A DNA stretch of 64,000 nucleotides from Candidatus Sericytochromatia bacterium (GTDB lineage: Bacteria > Cyanobacteriota > Sericytochromatia > S15B-MN24 > UBA4093). Made by a program: the position numbers and the translations under genes. Location of the stretch: the NCBI GenBank assembly GCA_036676495.1, contig JAKFCT010000030.1, positions 23,804 through 87,803 of the forward strand. Direction: 5' to 3'. Positions 1-9,229 of the stretch are shown here, piece after piece. The notes beneath the pieces were generated by a model, which was not told where the DNA came from, did not search any database, and saw nothing but the letters and a program-made list of their open reading frames with translations. Position 1 is the stretch's first letter. Each line of letters opens with the position of its first letter.

Positions 1-2148
1 GTGAGGGGCATAGGGAGCGAGCATCTTCACGAAGGCTTCCATGGCCGCCTGGGGCAGTTGCTCCTGCTTGTAGGCCTCGTTGATGAAGATCATCAGCTGC
101 GAGATGGCCGTGTTGAAGCGCAGGGCTTCCGTGTCCTGGGTGACCTTTTTGATGGTCTTGTGGAGCGTGCGGGTGAAGGCCTCATCCGCCTTAGCGTCCG
201 CGCGAATGGCAGGGTTCAAGGCGCCCGCGTCGGTGACGAAGAGGCGGTAGACCCGGTTGAGGAAGCGGTAGGCGCCGTCGACCCCGTTGGTGTTCCAGGG
301 CTTGGTCGCTTCCAGGGGGCCCATGAACATCTCGTAGATGCGCAGGGTGTCGGCTCCGGATTCCCGGACGATGTCGTCGGGGTTGACCACGTTGCCGCGG
401 GACTTGGACATCTTCTCGCCGTTCTCGCCGAGGATCATGCCCTGGTTGACCAGCTTGTGGAAGGGCTCCTTGGTGGAGACGACTCCCAGGTCGTAGAGGA
501 CCTTGTGCCAGAAGCGGGCGTAAAGGAGGTGAAGCACGGCGTGCTCGGCCCCACCGATGTAGAGGTCGACCGGCATCCAGTACTGCTCCTTCTCCTTGGA
601 GACGAGCGCCTGGTCGTTCTTGGGATCGATGTAGCGCAGGTAGTACCAGCAGCTACCGGCCCACTGGGGCATGGTGTTGGTTTCCCGGCGGGCGGGCATG
701 CCGGTCTCGGGATCCACCGTGTTGACCCAGTCCGTGATGTTGGCAAGGGGGGACTCTCCCGTGCCGGACGGCTTGATCGCGTCGGTCTCGGGAAGCAGCA
801 GCGGCAGCTCCGACTCGGGAAGCGCCTTCATGGTGCCGTCTTCCAGGTAGATGATGGGAATGGGCTCGCCCCAGTAGCGCTGGCGGCTGAAGAGCCAGTC
901 GCGCAGGCGGTAAGAGACCTTCTTCTGGCCGGCCCCCTGGGCTTCGAGCCACGCGATCATCTTGGCCTTGGCTTCGGGGACCGCGAGGCCGTCGAGGAAG
1001 CCCGAATGGACCAGCAGGCCGTCTCCGGTGTAAGCGGCCTGGCTGACGTCGCCGCCCGCGACCACCTCGACGATCGGGAGGCCGAACTTGGTGGCGAACT
1101 CCCAGTCGCGCTCGTCATGGCCGGGAACCGCCATGATGGCGCCCGTGCCGTAGGTGGCGAGGACGTAGTCGGCGATCCAGACCGGGACGGGCTGGCCGGT
1201 GGCGGGGTTGAGGGCGTAGGCCCCGGTGAAGACTCCCGTCTTCTCCTTGGCGAGCTCGGTGCGCTCGAGATCGGACTTGTGGGAGGCCTTTTCCTGGTAG
1301 GCCGAGACGGCGTCGCGCTGCTCCGGCGTGGTGATCAGGTCGACCAGCTCATGCTCCGGGGCGAGCACCGCGTAGGTGGCGCCGAAGAGGGTGTCCGGGC
1401 GCGTGGTGAAGACCGTCATGGCGCGATCGGGATGGCCCTGGAGGGCGAAGCGGACCTCCGCTCCTTCCGAGCGGCCGATCCAGTTGCGCTGCATCTCCTT
1501 GAGGCTCTCGGGCCAGTCCAGCTCCTCGAGGTCCTCCAGGAGGCGATCGGCGTAGGCCGTGATCTTGAGGATCCACTGGCGCATGGGCTTGCGGATGACC
1601 GGATGGCCGCCGCGCTCGGACTTGCCGTCGATGACCTCCTCGTTGGCGAGGACCGTGCCGAGGGCGGGGCACCAGTTGACGGGGACCTCCGCGACGTAGG
1701 CGAGGCCCATCTTGTAGAGCTGGAGGAAGATCCACTGGGTCCACTTGTAGTACTCGGGGTCGGTGGTGCTGACCTCGCGGTCCCAGTCGTAGGAGAAGCC
1801 GAGCATCTTGATCTGGCGGCGGAAGTTGTCGATGTTGTGCTTGGTGATGATCGCCGGGTGCTGGCCGGTTTCGATGGCGAACTGCTCGGCGGGCAGGCCG
1901 AAGGCGTCCCAGCCCATGGGATGCAGCACGTTGTAGCCGCGCATGCGCTTGAAGCGGCTCACGATGTCGGTGGCCGTGTACCCCTCGGGATGCCCGACGT
2001 GAAGGCCCGCCCCGGAGGGGTAGGGGAACATGTCGAGGGCGTAGAACTTGGGCTTGTCGGACGTGTCCGAGGCCTTGAAGGTCTTTTTCGTCTCCCAGTA
2101 CTGCTGCCACTTGGGCTCGATCGCTTGAAAGTTGTACTTGCCGTGCAT
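1..2148 (-). CDS. leuS: Leucyl-tRNA synthetase (3' end lies outside the window)
   Basis: Reverse strand from ATG at 2148 reads [18 protein letters not shown]...[19 protein letters not shown] (HIGH motif), [10 protein letters not shown] and later KMSKS. AGGAG RBS upstream. Absent from the ORF track because it runs off the edge. Confidence 0.97.
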   Translation of the reverse strand, partial: MHGKYNFQAIEPKWQQYWETKKTFKASDTSDKPKFYALDMFPYPSGAGLHVGHPEGYTATDIVSRFKRMRGYNVLHPMGWDAFGLPAEQFAIETGQHPAIITKHNIDNFRRQIKMLGFSYDWDREVSTTDPEYYKWTQWIFLQLYKMGLAYVAEVPVNWCPALGTVLANEEVIDGKSERGGHPVIRKPMRQWILKITAYADRLLEDLEELDWPESLKEMQRNWIGRSEGAEVRFALQGHPDRAMTVFTTRPDTLFGATYAVLAPEHELVDLITTPEQRDAVSAYQEKASHKSDLERTELAKEKTGVFTGAYALNPATGQPVPVWIADYVLATYGTGAIMAVPGHDERDWEFATKFGLPIVEVVAGGDVSQAAYTGDGLLVHSGFLDGLAVPEAKAKMIAWLEAQGAGQKKVSYRLRDWLFSRQRYWGEPIPIIYLEDGTMKALPESELPLLLPETDAIKPSGTGESPLANITDWVNTVDPETGMPARRETNTMPQWAGSCWYYLRYIDPKNDQALVSKEKEQYWMPVDLYIGGAEHAVLHLLYARFWHKVLYDLGVVSTKEPFHKLVNQGMILGENGEKMSKSRGNVVNPDDIVRESGADTLRIYEMFMGPLEATKPWNTNGVDGAYRFLNRVYRLFVTDAGALNPAIRADAKADEAFTRTLHKTIKKVTQDTEALRFNTAISQLMIFINEAYKQEQLPQAAMEAFVKMLAPYAPH

Positions 2149-2257
2149 CTGCTGCTCCTGATAGCGAGGTGAACGCGCGACCTGGGACCGGGCCGCACTT
2201 TCGCGGCTCGGTCCGTCTCGAAAAGGCGGTTGAGGTCTGAGGCGCTCTGGATGGGCC

Positions 2258-2266
2258 ATTATACCA
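2258..2266 (-). promoter_or_regulatory. Extended -10 box (TGGTATAAT) upstream of leuS
   Basis: Perfect TGnTATAAT about 110 nt upstream of the leuS start. Confidence 0.55.
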
Positions 2267-2312
2267 TCATGCATGGTGGTTCATGGCAGGTTCTTGGCGG
2301 GCGTGTAAGTTA

Positions 2313-2455
2313 ATGGCGGGCGCGGAGGCCCGCCCCACAAACCCCCTGCCTGGCATGGGCTCACAAATACCCTGCCTGGCATGAGCGCACCTACATCCTG
2401 CCTGGCACGGGCTCTCAAAGGTCTTGCTTGTGGCGCGGGCCTCTGCGCCCGCGAT
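2313..2455. repeat. REPIN-like element: inverted pair of GTGG-foot REP palindromes enclosing three 26-bp-period repeats
   Basis: 2313-2340 and 2428-2455 are inverted copies of TTGTGG(G/C)GCGGGCCTC(C/T)GCGCCCGC. CCTGCCTGGCA units start at 2345, 2371 and 2397. Confidence 0.75.
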
Positions 2456-2459
2456 CTCC

Positions 2460-3080
2460 TTACGACCAGTAGCGCTCGAGCTTCGAGAGTTGCTCGCGAG
2501 ACGTCTTCAGGTGCACGCCGTCGTGATCGACCGCGCGGACCCAGCTGACGGGCACGGAGACGTCATGGGTGAAGAAGAAGCCCTTGCGGACCACGAAGCC
2601 GGTGGCGTGATCGTGGTCGGGATTGACGAGGATCTGGTCGATGCGGCCGCATTCCCCGTCGGAGCAGAGGACGGGCAGGCCCTCCTTGAGCTCGATCTCC
2701 CCGGCGGGGATGTGATGATGCTCGATCGGCAAGGGGCCGGGGTTGAAGACGCCGAGATCGGGAAGGGGCATGAGGGCGCAGCCCACGCCGAAGGGATGCA
2801 CGAGGTTCGAGGTCGGCAGGCAGAAATCGGTCGAAAGGTAGTCGGGAAGGTCCTTGAGCTCATCGGAGGCGACGTTGAGGGCGATCGCCTCCGGGGTAAT
2901 CCGCCCCACCATGCCCATGGGCATGACCACGTCGCGGCCGTCGCCGATCCGGATGACCAGGTGCGTCACGCTGCCCGAGCGCGGGTCCAGCACGACCCTG
3001 CGAAGGCGCCCACAGCGGCCGTCGAGGCAACGCACCTCCGCGTCGAAGCGCAGCGCCTCCGGCTGAGTCCTCTCCGTCAT
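2460..3080 (-). CDS. Tandem PRC-barrel domain protein
   Basis: Two repeats of V.C.DG.CG....V..dP.....T..V, typical of PRC barrels. AGGAGGAG RBS. Confidence 0.75.
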   Translation of the reverse strand: MTERTQPEALRFDAEVRCLDGRCGRLRRVVLDPRSGSVTHLVIRIGDGRDVVMPMGMVGRITPEAIALNVASDELKDLPDYLSTDFCLPTSNLVHPFGVGCALMPLPDLGVFNPGPLPIEHHHIPAGEIELKEGLPVLCSDGECGRIDQILVNPDHDHATGFVVRKGFFFTHDVSVPVSWVRAVDHDGVHLKTSREQLSKLERYWS

Positions 3081-3289
3081 GCTCTCCTCCTTCCGGGTGG
3101 CCTCGGGAATCGGAACCGCCTTCGCTCATCCTAGCAAATCGAGACCTCCCCGTGCGGCGCGCGCAGGACGCCGGATCCCCACCGAACGGGGCCCACGGCC
3201 CCAGCACCCCGTTCGGGGCGCGGAGAGACCCGTCCTAAACCCGGATCCGTGGGGGAGAAGGATCCCGGCCCTCGACGCGGAACCGTGCG

Positions 3290-3319
3290 TTGACAGGCCA
3301 AAACAGCGGGAGATACAGT
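3290..3319 (+). promoter_or_regulatory. Sigma70-like promoter for the KGG gene cluster
   Basis: TTGACA-N18-TACAGT followed by an AT-rich tract. Confidence 0.45.
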
Positions 3320-3390
3320 ACGGGCCAAGGTTAATAAAAATTAACTAAAAAGCTTGTTCATTCGGGGTTGGCGGAAAAAGGAGGCTTAGC

Positions 3391-3795
3391 ATGGCGCGGA
3401 AGACCACCACGACTCGCGCGGCAGCGCCCAAGACCACCGGCGAGCTGTCGGTTCGCGAAGCCGGCCGGCTTGGCGGAAACAAGGTCAAGGAGAAGTATGG
3501 GCCCGATTTCTACTCGGAGATCGGGACCAAGGGCGGCGAGACGGTCCGTCGCGAGGTCGAGAAGGGCACGCTGCCCAAGGACTTCTACTCGCAGATCGGC
3601 CAGAAGGGCGGCAACGCCGTCAAGGAAGAGTACGGTCCCGAGTTCTACTCGCAGATCGGCAAAAAAGGCGGCAACAAGGTCAAGGAGGAGTACGGCCCGG
3701 AGTTCTACTCGCAGATCGGAACCAAGGGCGGCAACAAGGTCCGTGACCTGATCAACGCAGGAAAGGCCCAGCTGGAGGGCCGCACCCGGCGCTAG
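3391..3795 (+). CDS. KGG-repeat general stress protein (GsiB/Em-like, LEA group 1-like)
   Basis: SVREAGRLGG plus repeated YGPEFYSQIGxKGG units. Confidence 0.85.
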   Translation: MARKTTTTRAAAPKTTGELSVREAGRLGGNKVKEKYGPDFYSEIGTKGGETVRREVEKGTLPKDFYSQIGQKGGNAVKEEYGPEFYSQIGKKGGNKVKEEYGPEFYSQIGTKGGNKVRDLINAGKAQLEGRTRR

Positions 3796-3825
3796 CCGGC
3801 ACGTCAAGAAAAGGGGAGGTTTCGG

Positions 3826-4143
3826 ATGGCTGAGAAGCGCGACCGCGAGCAAAAGGGACGCGAGCACCAGGGCGACATGAGCGTCCGCGAAGCGGGACAC
3901 CTGGGCGGGGAGAAGGTCAAGGAGAAATACGGCCCCGAGTTCTACTCGGAAATCGGCCAGAAGGGCGGGGAGAAGACCGCCGAGACCCATGGCCGCGAAT
4001 TCTACCAGGAAATCGGGCACAAGGGCGGCGAGACCGTCAAGGAGAAGTATGGCCCCGAGTTCTACTCGGAAATCGGCCACGAAGGCGGTCAGAAGGTCAA
4101 GGACCTGATCGAAAAAGGCAAAGAAGCGGAAGAGAACAAGTAA
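3826..4143 (+). CDS. KGG-repeat general stress protein
   Basis: MSVREAGHLGG plus three FYxEIGxxGG repeats. GGAGG RBS. Confidence 0.85.
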   Translation: MAEKRDREQKGREHQGDMSVREAGHLGGEKVKEKYGPEFYSEIGQKGGEKTAETHGREFYQEIGHKGGETVKEKYGPEFYSEIGHEGGQKVKDLIEKGKEAEENK

Positions 4144-4170
4144 GCGCCCGTTCGGGGAAAGGAGTGCCTC

Positions 4171-4401
4171 ATGGCGAAACAGCCTGAGAACCAGGGCGGC
4201 ATGTCCGTCCGAGAAGCCGGCCGGAAGGGCGGCAACACCGTCAAGCAGAAATACGGCCCGGAGTTCTACTCCGAAATCGGCCAGAAGGGCGGAGAGACCG
4301 TCCTGCGCGAGCGCGGCCCCGAGTTCTTCTCCGAGATCGGCCACAAGGGCGGTCAAAAGGTGAAGCAGCTCATCGAGGAAGGCAAGCGCCGGACGCAGTA
4401 A
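4171..4401 (+). CDS. KGG-repeat general stress protein
   Basis: MSVREAGRKGG plus two F(Y/F)SEIGxKGG repeats. AGGAG RBS. Confidence 0.85.
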   Translation: MAKQPENQGGMSVREAGRKGGNTVKQKYGPEFYSEIGQKGGETVLRERGPEFFSEIGHKGGQKVKQLIEEGKRRTQ

Positions 4402-4414
4402 GCCTCCAGATCGA

Positions 4415-4444
4415 GAGGCCGGGATCCTCACGGATCCCGGCCTC
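4415..4444 (+). terminator. Stem-loop after the KGG cluster
   Basis: 13-bp perfect stem GAGGCCGGGATCC / GGATCCCGGCCTC. No U-tract. Confidence 0.5.
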
Positions 4445-4623
4445 CGATCATGCGCGGAGGCCCCGCGCTCCCCCCGCCCCCCCTTCTGACCTCCGGAATC
4501 TCCGTAGTCTATACGTCGCTTGGAGGCCAGAAACGGCGTAGACCTGCGGTTCTGAGGATGTTAAAATCTGGTTAGCAACCCTCTCGGGCCCCAGCGGCCT
4601 TGTTTCAAAGGATGCCATACCGC

Positions 4624-6558
4624 ATGTCCACATCCGTCAAGAATCCCGCGGAGGCCGAAGACGCCCCCGAACGTGAGCTGACGCCCCGCGAGCGCGAGCT
4701 CGAGTGGTATCACAACGTCTACCAGGGCGACTCCATGCCCCAGCTCACGGTCCGATCCGTGGTGATGGGCGGCATCCTGGGCGGCTTCATGTCGCTCTCC
4801 AACCTCTACGTGGGACTCAAGACCGGCTGGGGACTCGGCGTCGCCATCACCGCCTGCATCCTCTCCTACGCCATCTGGACCACGCTGCGCAAGATTGGCC
4901 TGGCCAAGACGGACATGTCGATCCTCGAGAACAACGCCATGCAGTCGACGGCCTCGTCGGCGGGCTACTCGACCGGCGGCACCATGGTCAGCGCCATCGC
5001 CGCCTACCTGTTGGTCACCCAGACCCACATGGAGTTCTGGACCCTGCTCGGCTGGACCTTCTTCCTCGCCATGCTCGGCGTCATGCTGGCCATCCCCATG
5101 AAGCGCCAGATGATCAACATCGAGCAGCTGCGCTTCCCGTCCGGCACCGCCGCCGCCACCACCCTCAAGAGCCTGCACGCCAAGGGCAAGGACGCCGTCG
5201 CCCAGGCGCGCATGCTCTTCTGGTCGATGGGAGTCGGCGCCGTCGTCGCCTGGTTCCGCGACGGCATGGCCTGGCTCGGTAGCCGCCTCGCCGAACCGGC
5301 CGCCTACAAGGACCTGCCTTTCGTCGGCGTCCCCGCTCCCCTCAAGGGCCTCGTCGACAAGCTGACCATCCCCGCTCAGTTCGAGATCCCCTTCTTCCGG
5401 CTCGCCGGCCAGCCCCTCTCGAAGTGGACCATCTCCTTCGAGGCCTCGCTCATCATGATCGCCGCCGGCGCCATCATGGGCTGGAAGGTCGGCTGGAGCT
5501 TGCTCCTGGGCGCCATCATCAACTTCGGCATCGCCGCGCCTTACGTCTGGGAGCACTTCCCCGGCGCGATCACCTCCCTGAGCTACCGCGGCATCACCGG
5601 CTGGAGCCTCTGGCTCGGCGCCTCCCTGATGGTCACCTCCGGCCTGACGGCCTTCGCCCTGCAGTGGAAGACCATCGCGCGCGCCCTGATGCCCGCCAAG
5701 GCCGCGGACGGCAAGGCGGAAGCCGATCCGCTGGCCGCCATCGAGGTGCCCAACAGCTGGTTCTGGATCGGCACGGGCATCGCCGCCCTGGGCATCATCT
5801 CGATCATGCACTTCGCCTTCCACGTCGCTCCCTGGATGAGCGTCCTGGCGGTCATCATGACCTTCTTCCTCTCGCTGGTCGCCTGCCGGGCCACCGGTGA
5901 GACCGATACCACCCCCATCGGCGCGATGGGCAAGATCACCCAGCTCACCTACGGCATGCTCGCGCCCGCGAACATGGTCACCAACCTCATGACCGCCAGC
6001 GTGACCGCCGGCGCCGCGGGCTCCGCCGCCGACCTCCTCACCGACCTCAAGAGCGGCTACCTGCTGGGCGCCAACCCCCGCAAGCAGTTCCTCGCGCAGT
6101 TCGCGGGCATCTTCGTCGGTACCGCCGTGGTCGTCCCGGTCTTCTACGTCCTGGTCCCCACCGCCTCGGTGCTCGGCTCGGACAAGTTCCCGGCGCCTTC
6201 CGCGCAGGTCTGGGCCAGCGTCGCCCAGCTCCTGAGCAACGGCATCTCGAGCCTGCATCCCGCCGCACTCGCCGGCCTGGTCATCGGCGCCGTGGTCGGC
6301 ATCATCCTGCCCCTGCTCGAGAAGTTCGCCCCCAAGCCGGTCAAGCCCTTCATCCCGTCGGCCATGGGTCTTGGCCTCGCGTTCGTCATCCCCGCCTGGA
6401 ACGCCATCTCGATGTTCCTGGGCGCGCTCATCGCCCTCGTCTGGGAACGCTGGAGCCCCCGGACCGCCGCCCTTTGCATCATCGCGATCGCCTCGGGCAT
6501 CATCGCCGGCGAGAGCCTCTTGGGAGTCGCCGTGGCCCTCTTGGGCGTCCTTCCGTAG
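4624..6558 (+). CDS. OPT (oligopeptide transporter / YSL) family membrane transporter
   Basis: QLTVRS, NLYVGLKTG, ENNAMQSTAS, LRFPSGTA, DLKSGYLLGANPRKQ, FPAPSA and GIIAGES motifs, with many TM helices. Start codon uncertain (4600, 4612 or 4624). Confidence 0.92.
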   Translation: MSTSVKNPAEAEDAPERELTPRERELEWYHNVYQGDSMPQLTVRSVVMGGILGGFMSLSNLYVGLKTGWGLGVAITACILSYAIWTTLRKIGLAKTDMSILENNAMQSTASSAGYSTGGTMVSAIAAYLLVTQTHMEFWTLLGWTFFLAMLGVMLAIPMKRQMINIEQLRFPSGTAAATTLKSLHAKGKDAVAQARMLFWSMGVGAVVAWFRDGMAWLGSRLAEPAAYKDLPFVGVPAPLKGLVDKLTIPAQFEIPFFRLAGQPLSKWTISFEASLIMIAAGAIMGWKVGWSLLLGAIINFGIAAPYVWEHFPGAITSLSYRGITGWSLWLGASLMVTSGLTAFALQWKTIARALMPAKAADGKAEADPLAAIEVPNSWFWIGTGIAALGIISIMHFAFHVAPWMSVLAVIMTFFLSLVACRATGETDTTPIGAMGKITQLTYGMLAPANMVTNLMTASVTAGAAGSAADLLTDLKSGYLLGANPRKQFLAQFAGIFVGTAVVVPVFYVLVPTASVLGSDKFPAPSAQVWASVAQLLSNGISSLHPAALAGLVIGAVVGIILPLLEKFAPKPVKPFIPSAMGLGLAFVIPAWNAISMFLGALIALVWERWSPRTAALCIIAIASGIIAGESLLGVAVALLGVLP

Positions 6559-6573
6559 ACGGAAACGTCACCC

Positions 6574-6619
6574 GCAAGACGATGGGGGACGCCCAAGAGG
6601 GCGTCCCCCATCGTCTTGC
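6574..6619 (+). terminator. Stem-loop after the OPT gene
   Basis: 21-bp perfect inverted repeat. Confidence 0.55.
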
Positions 6620-6787
6620 ATCGGGCCCCTTGCAGCAGTACCGAACGCTGACTATGCCGCCCGAGAGCAACTAACCCGCACCTCCAGGTGTTGGCCAGTT
6701 CTTTGTTCTGCAAATCCCAGCCGCAAATTATCATCCCAGCATCGCCCCCACGGGGGACGAGCGCATGGGTTTGCCAAGGAGGTTGCG

Positions 6788-7231
6788 ATGAGAGGGACGT
6801 TTCCGAAAGCGGGCGTGATGGGGCTGCTCGCCCTCAGCATGGTGGGCTGCAGTTCGCCTGCCCCGATCCCGAGTTCACCGGAAGCCCCGCCGTCTTCGGC
6901 GGCGGTGAGCGAGATCCCCCGGCTCACGCTCCCCGATGAGATCGCTCCCGGCGAGATGGTGAAGGGGGAGAACGAGGCCTTCGAGACCCAGCAGCGGTAT
7001 CGGAGACCCTGGGTCCGCTGGCGCCGCGCCTACCGCCGGGGCGTCCCGTACTACGTGCCTTACTACTATTACTACTGGTATCCGCGCCCGTATTACCGAC
7101 CCTACTATCGGGGCGACGACTGGTACTACTACAGCCGACCCGGCTTCGGGGGTCCCCGCATGCGTTTCCGCCGGGATCGCGACTACGGGGATCGGGATTA
7201 CGGCGACCGGGATTACGGGGATCGCGACTAG
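6788..7231 (+). CDS. Small lipoprotein with Tyr/Arg-rich low-complexity C-terminus and DRDYG repeats
   Basis: AAGGAGG RBS, MRGTFPK...LSMVGC lipobox, and a 15-bp tandem repeat at 7175-7228. Confidence 0.7.
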   Translation: MRGTFPKAGVMGLLALSMVGCSSPAPIPSSPEAPPSSAAVSEIPRLTLPDEIAPGEMVKGENEAFETQQRYRRPWVRWRRAYRRGVPYYVPYYYYYWYPRPYYRPYYRGDDWYYYSRPGFGGPRMRFRRDRDYGDRDYGDRDYGDRD

Positions 7232-7270
7232 CGTCACCACCTGAGGACGCCCCCGCCACGGCGAGAAAGA

Positions 7271-7308
7271 CGAGAGGGCGGGACGCTTCGAAGCGTCCCG
7301 CCCTCTCG
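7271..7308. terminator. Hairpin between convergent genes
   Basis: Perfect palindrome CGAGAGGGCGGGACGCTT-CG-AAGCGTCCCGCCCTCTCG. Confidence 0.55.
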
Positions 7309-7316
7309 CGATCCCC

Positions 7317-8225
7317 TTACTGCTTGAGCTTGGGGTCCAGGGCGTCCCGCAGGCCGTCGCCCACGAAGTTGATGCTCGCGACCGTCAAGAAGATCAAGAT
7401 GCCGGGATAGAAGGCCAGCCAGGGCGTCGAGATCATGTACTGCTGGGCGTCGGTGAGCATGTTGCCCCAGGACGGGGTCGGAGGCTGGATGCCGAAGCCC
7501 AGGAAGGAGAGGGCCGACTCCAGCATGATGGCGTCCGCCACGCCCAGGGTGGCCGCGACGAAGATGGGTGCGAGGGCGTTGGGGAGCATATGCCGGATCA
7601 TGATCCAGATCGACGAGGCTCCCTGGGCATGGGAGGCCTCGATGAACTCCTGGTTGCGCAGCGAGAGGAACTCGCCGCGGACCAGACGCGCCACGCCCAT
7701 CCAGCTGGTCGCCCCCAGGATCAGCACGATCACCGCCAGGTCCTTGCCGAGGAACTTCATCATGACCATCAAGAGCATGAGGATGGGAATCGACAGGAAG
7801 ACGTCGGTCACCCGCATGCCCGCCATATCCACCCACTTGCCGAAGTAACCCGCCAGCCCGCCGATGAGGGTGCCCAGCACGACTCCCAGCAGCGCGACCG
7901 AGAGGCCCACCGACAGGGAGATGCGCCCCGCGTGCATCAAGCGGGTGAAGATGTCGCGGCCCAGCTCGTCGGTGCCCAGCCAGTGAGCCATCGAGGGCCA
8001 CTGCTGGTTCGAGTTGGGAAGGTCGATGCCGTCGAAGGTGTACGGGGAGAGCATCGGCCCCAAAAACGACATGAGAATGAGCAGCAGCAAGGTGAAGGCC
8101 CCGGCCACGGCCATGCGGTGCCGCATGAAGCGACGAAGGACCAGCTTCCAGTAGGGCTGGGCGGGTTCCGCGAACTCCGCGACGGGGCGATCCGCAGCCG
8201 CCGAGGTCGAAACTTGCGTAGACAT
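7317..8225 (-). CDS. oppC: Oligopeptide/dipeptide ABC permease (OppC/DppC)
   Basis: HWLGTDELGRD, EAA-loop (EFIEASHAQGAS), LSFLGFGIQPPTPSWG, GDGLRDALDPK. Confidence 0.93.
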   Translation of the reverse strand: MSTQVSTSAAADRPVAEFAEPAQPYWKLVLRRFMRHRMAVAGAFTLLLLILMSFLGPMLSPYTFDGIDLPNSNQQWPSMAHWLGTDELGRDIFTRLMHAGRISLSVGLSVALLGVVLGTLIGGLAGYFGKWVDMAGMRVTDVFLSIPILMLLMVMMKFLGKDLAVIVLILGATSWMGVARLVRGEFLSLRNQEFIEASHAQGASSIWIMIRHMLPNALAPIFVAATLGVADAIMLESALSFLGFGIQPPTPSWGNMLTDAQQYMISTPWLAFYPGILIFLTVASINFVGDGLRDALDPKLKQ

Positions 8226-8237
8226 GGGCCTTCCTTC

Positions 8238-8276
8238 CTAGAGGAGCCGCAGGCGCTTTCGAGCCGCGGGCGCTAG
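8238..8276. repeat. Short CTAG-bounded repeat (MITE-like family, short variant)
   Basis: CTAGAGGAGCCGCAGGCGCTTTCGAGCCGCGGGCGCTAG. Its end supplies the oppB TAG stop. Confidence 0.5.
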
Positions 8277-9226
8277 CTGAGTCGGATGCGCGGATCCAAG
8301 AGCGCGTAGATCATGTCCGCCAGCAGGTTTCCGATGACCACCAAGCTTGCGGAAATGGTCAGGATCGCCATCAGGACGGGGTAATCGCTCTTGGTCAGGG
8401 CGTCGAAGAAGAGACGGCCCACTCCCGGCCAGGTGAAGATGGTCTCGGTCATGATGGCGCCCGCGAACAGGGACGGCAGCGACAGGGCCACCACCGTCAC
8501 GACCGGGATGAGGCCGTTGCGCAGGCCGTGCTTGACGATGACGGCCCACTCGTCGAGGCCCTTGGCCCGGGCGGTGCGGATGTACTCCTGCCGGACGACC
8601 TCCAGCATGGAGCTGCGGGTGTAGCGGCTCCACGAGGCGATCTGAAGGATGCTCAGCATGGCCGCGGGAAGGATCAGGTGCGAGAGCACGTTGAGGGGGT
8701 TGCCCTCCTGGCCGAAATCCGCGAGTCCGCCGGCCGGCAGCCATTGCAAGGTCGAGGCGAAGACGATCATCAGCACGATACCGAACCAGAAGGGCGGCAG
8801 CGAGTAGCCGATGAAGGCCAGGGTGGTCACGGTGAAGTCGAACTTCGAGTACTGCTTGATGGCCGAAAGGACGCCGAGGACGACGCCGACCAGCAGCGAG
8901 AAGCTCATGGCCACGGTCATCAGGAGCAGCGTGGCGGGCAGGCGCTCGCCAATCATCTCCATGACCGCACGGCCGGTGAAGAGGGAATGCCCGAAGTTGA
9001 GCTGGACGACCTCCTTCAGCCAGTAGAGATACTGGACGGCCGGGGGCTTGTCGAGGCCCATGGCCTCCTTGATGGCTTGAAGATCCGCGGCGGTGAGATG
9101 CGGGTTCTCACCGTAGACGGCCAGAGGGCCGCCGGGCGCGAGCTGCATCAGCGAGAAGACCACCGCGGTGATGACGAGAAGGAGAGGAATGGCACCCAGG
9201 AGGCGCCGGATAACGTAGGCTCCCAT
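8273..9226 (-). CDS. oppB: Oligopeptide/dipeptide ABC permease (OppB/DppB)
   Basis: GLDKP..VQY, RSSMLEV...YIRTARAKGL, KHGLRNGLIP, LDPRI. Confidence 0.93.
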   Translation of the reverse strand: MGAYVIRRLLGAIPLLLVITAVVFSLMQLAPGGPLAVYGENPHLTAADLQAIKEAMGLDKPPAVQYLYWLKEVVQLNFGHSLFTGRAVMEMIGERLPATLLLMTVAMSFSLLVGVVLGVLSAIKQYSKFDFTVTTLAFIGYSLPPFWFGIVLMIVFASTLQWLPAGGLADFGQEGNPLNVLSHLILPAAMLSILQIASWSRYTRSSMLEVVRQEYIRTARAKGLDEWAVIVKHGLRNGLIPVVTVVALSLPSLFAGAIMTETIFTWPGVGRLFFDALTKSDYPVLMAILTISASLVVIGNLLADMIYALLDPRIRLS

Positions 9227-9229
9227 TGC

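Noticed and set aside
1-2172. 723-aa plus-strand ORF and many other long antisense ORFs (e.g. 8528..10891, 10777..12864, 25381..27750, 44554..46839)
   Set aside because: Shadow frames opposite well-supported genes, caused by high-GC codon bias. They contain no recognisable motifs.
2149-2257. T-box riboswitch in the leuS leader
   Set aside because: The leader is only about 100 nt and lacks the T-box consensus and a terminator.
2345-2416. Three regularly spaced repeats as a mini-CRISPR
   Set aside because: The period is only 26 bp with about 6-nt variable parts, and there are no cas genes. A REP-associated tandem repeat fits better.
3391-4401. Repeated GAGTTCTACTCG...AAGGGCGG DNA units as a CRISPR array
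   Set aside because: They are in-frame coding repeats of KGG proteins with synonymous variation.
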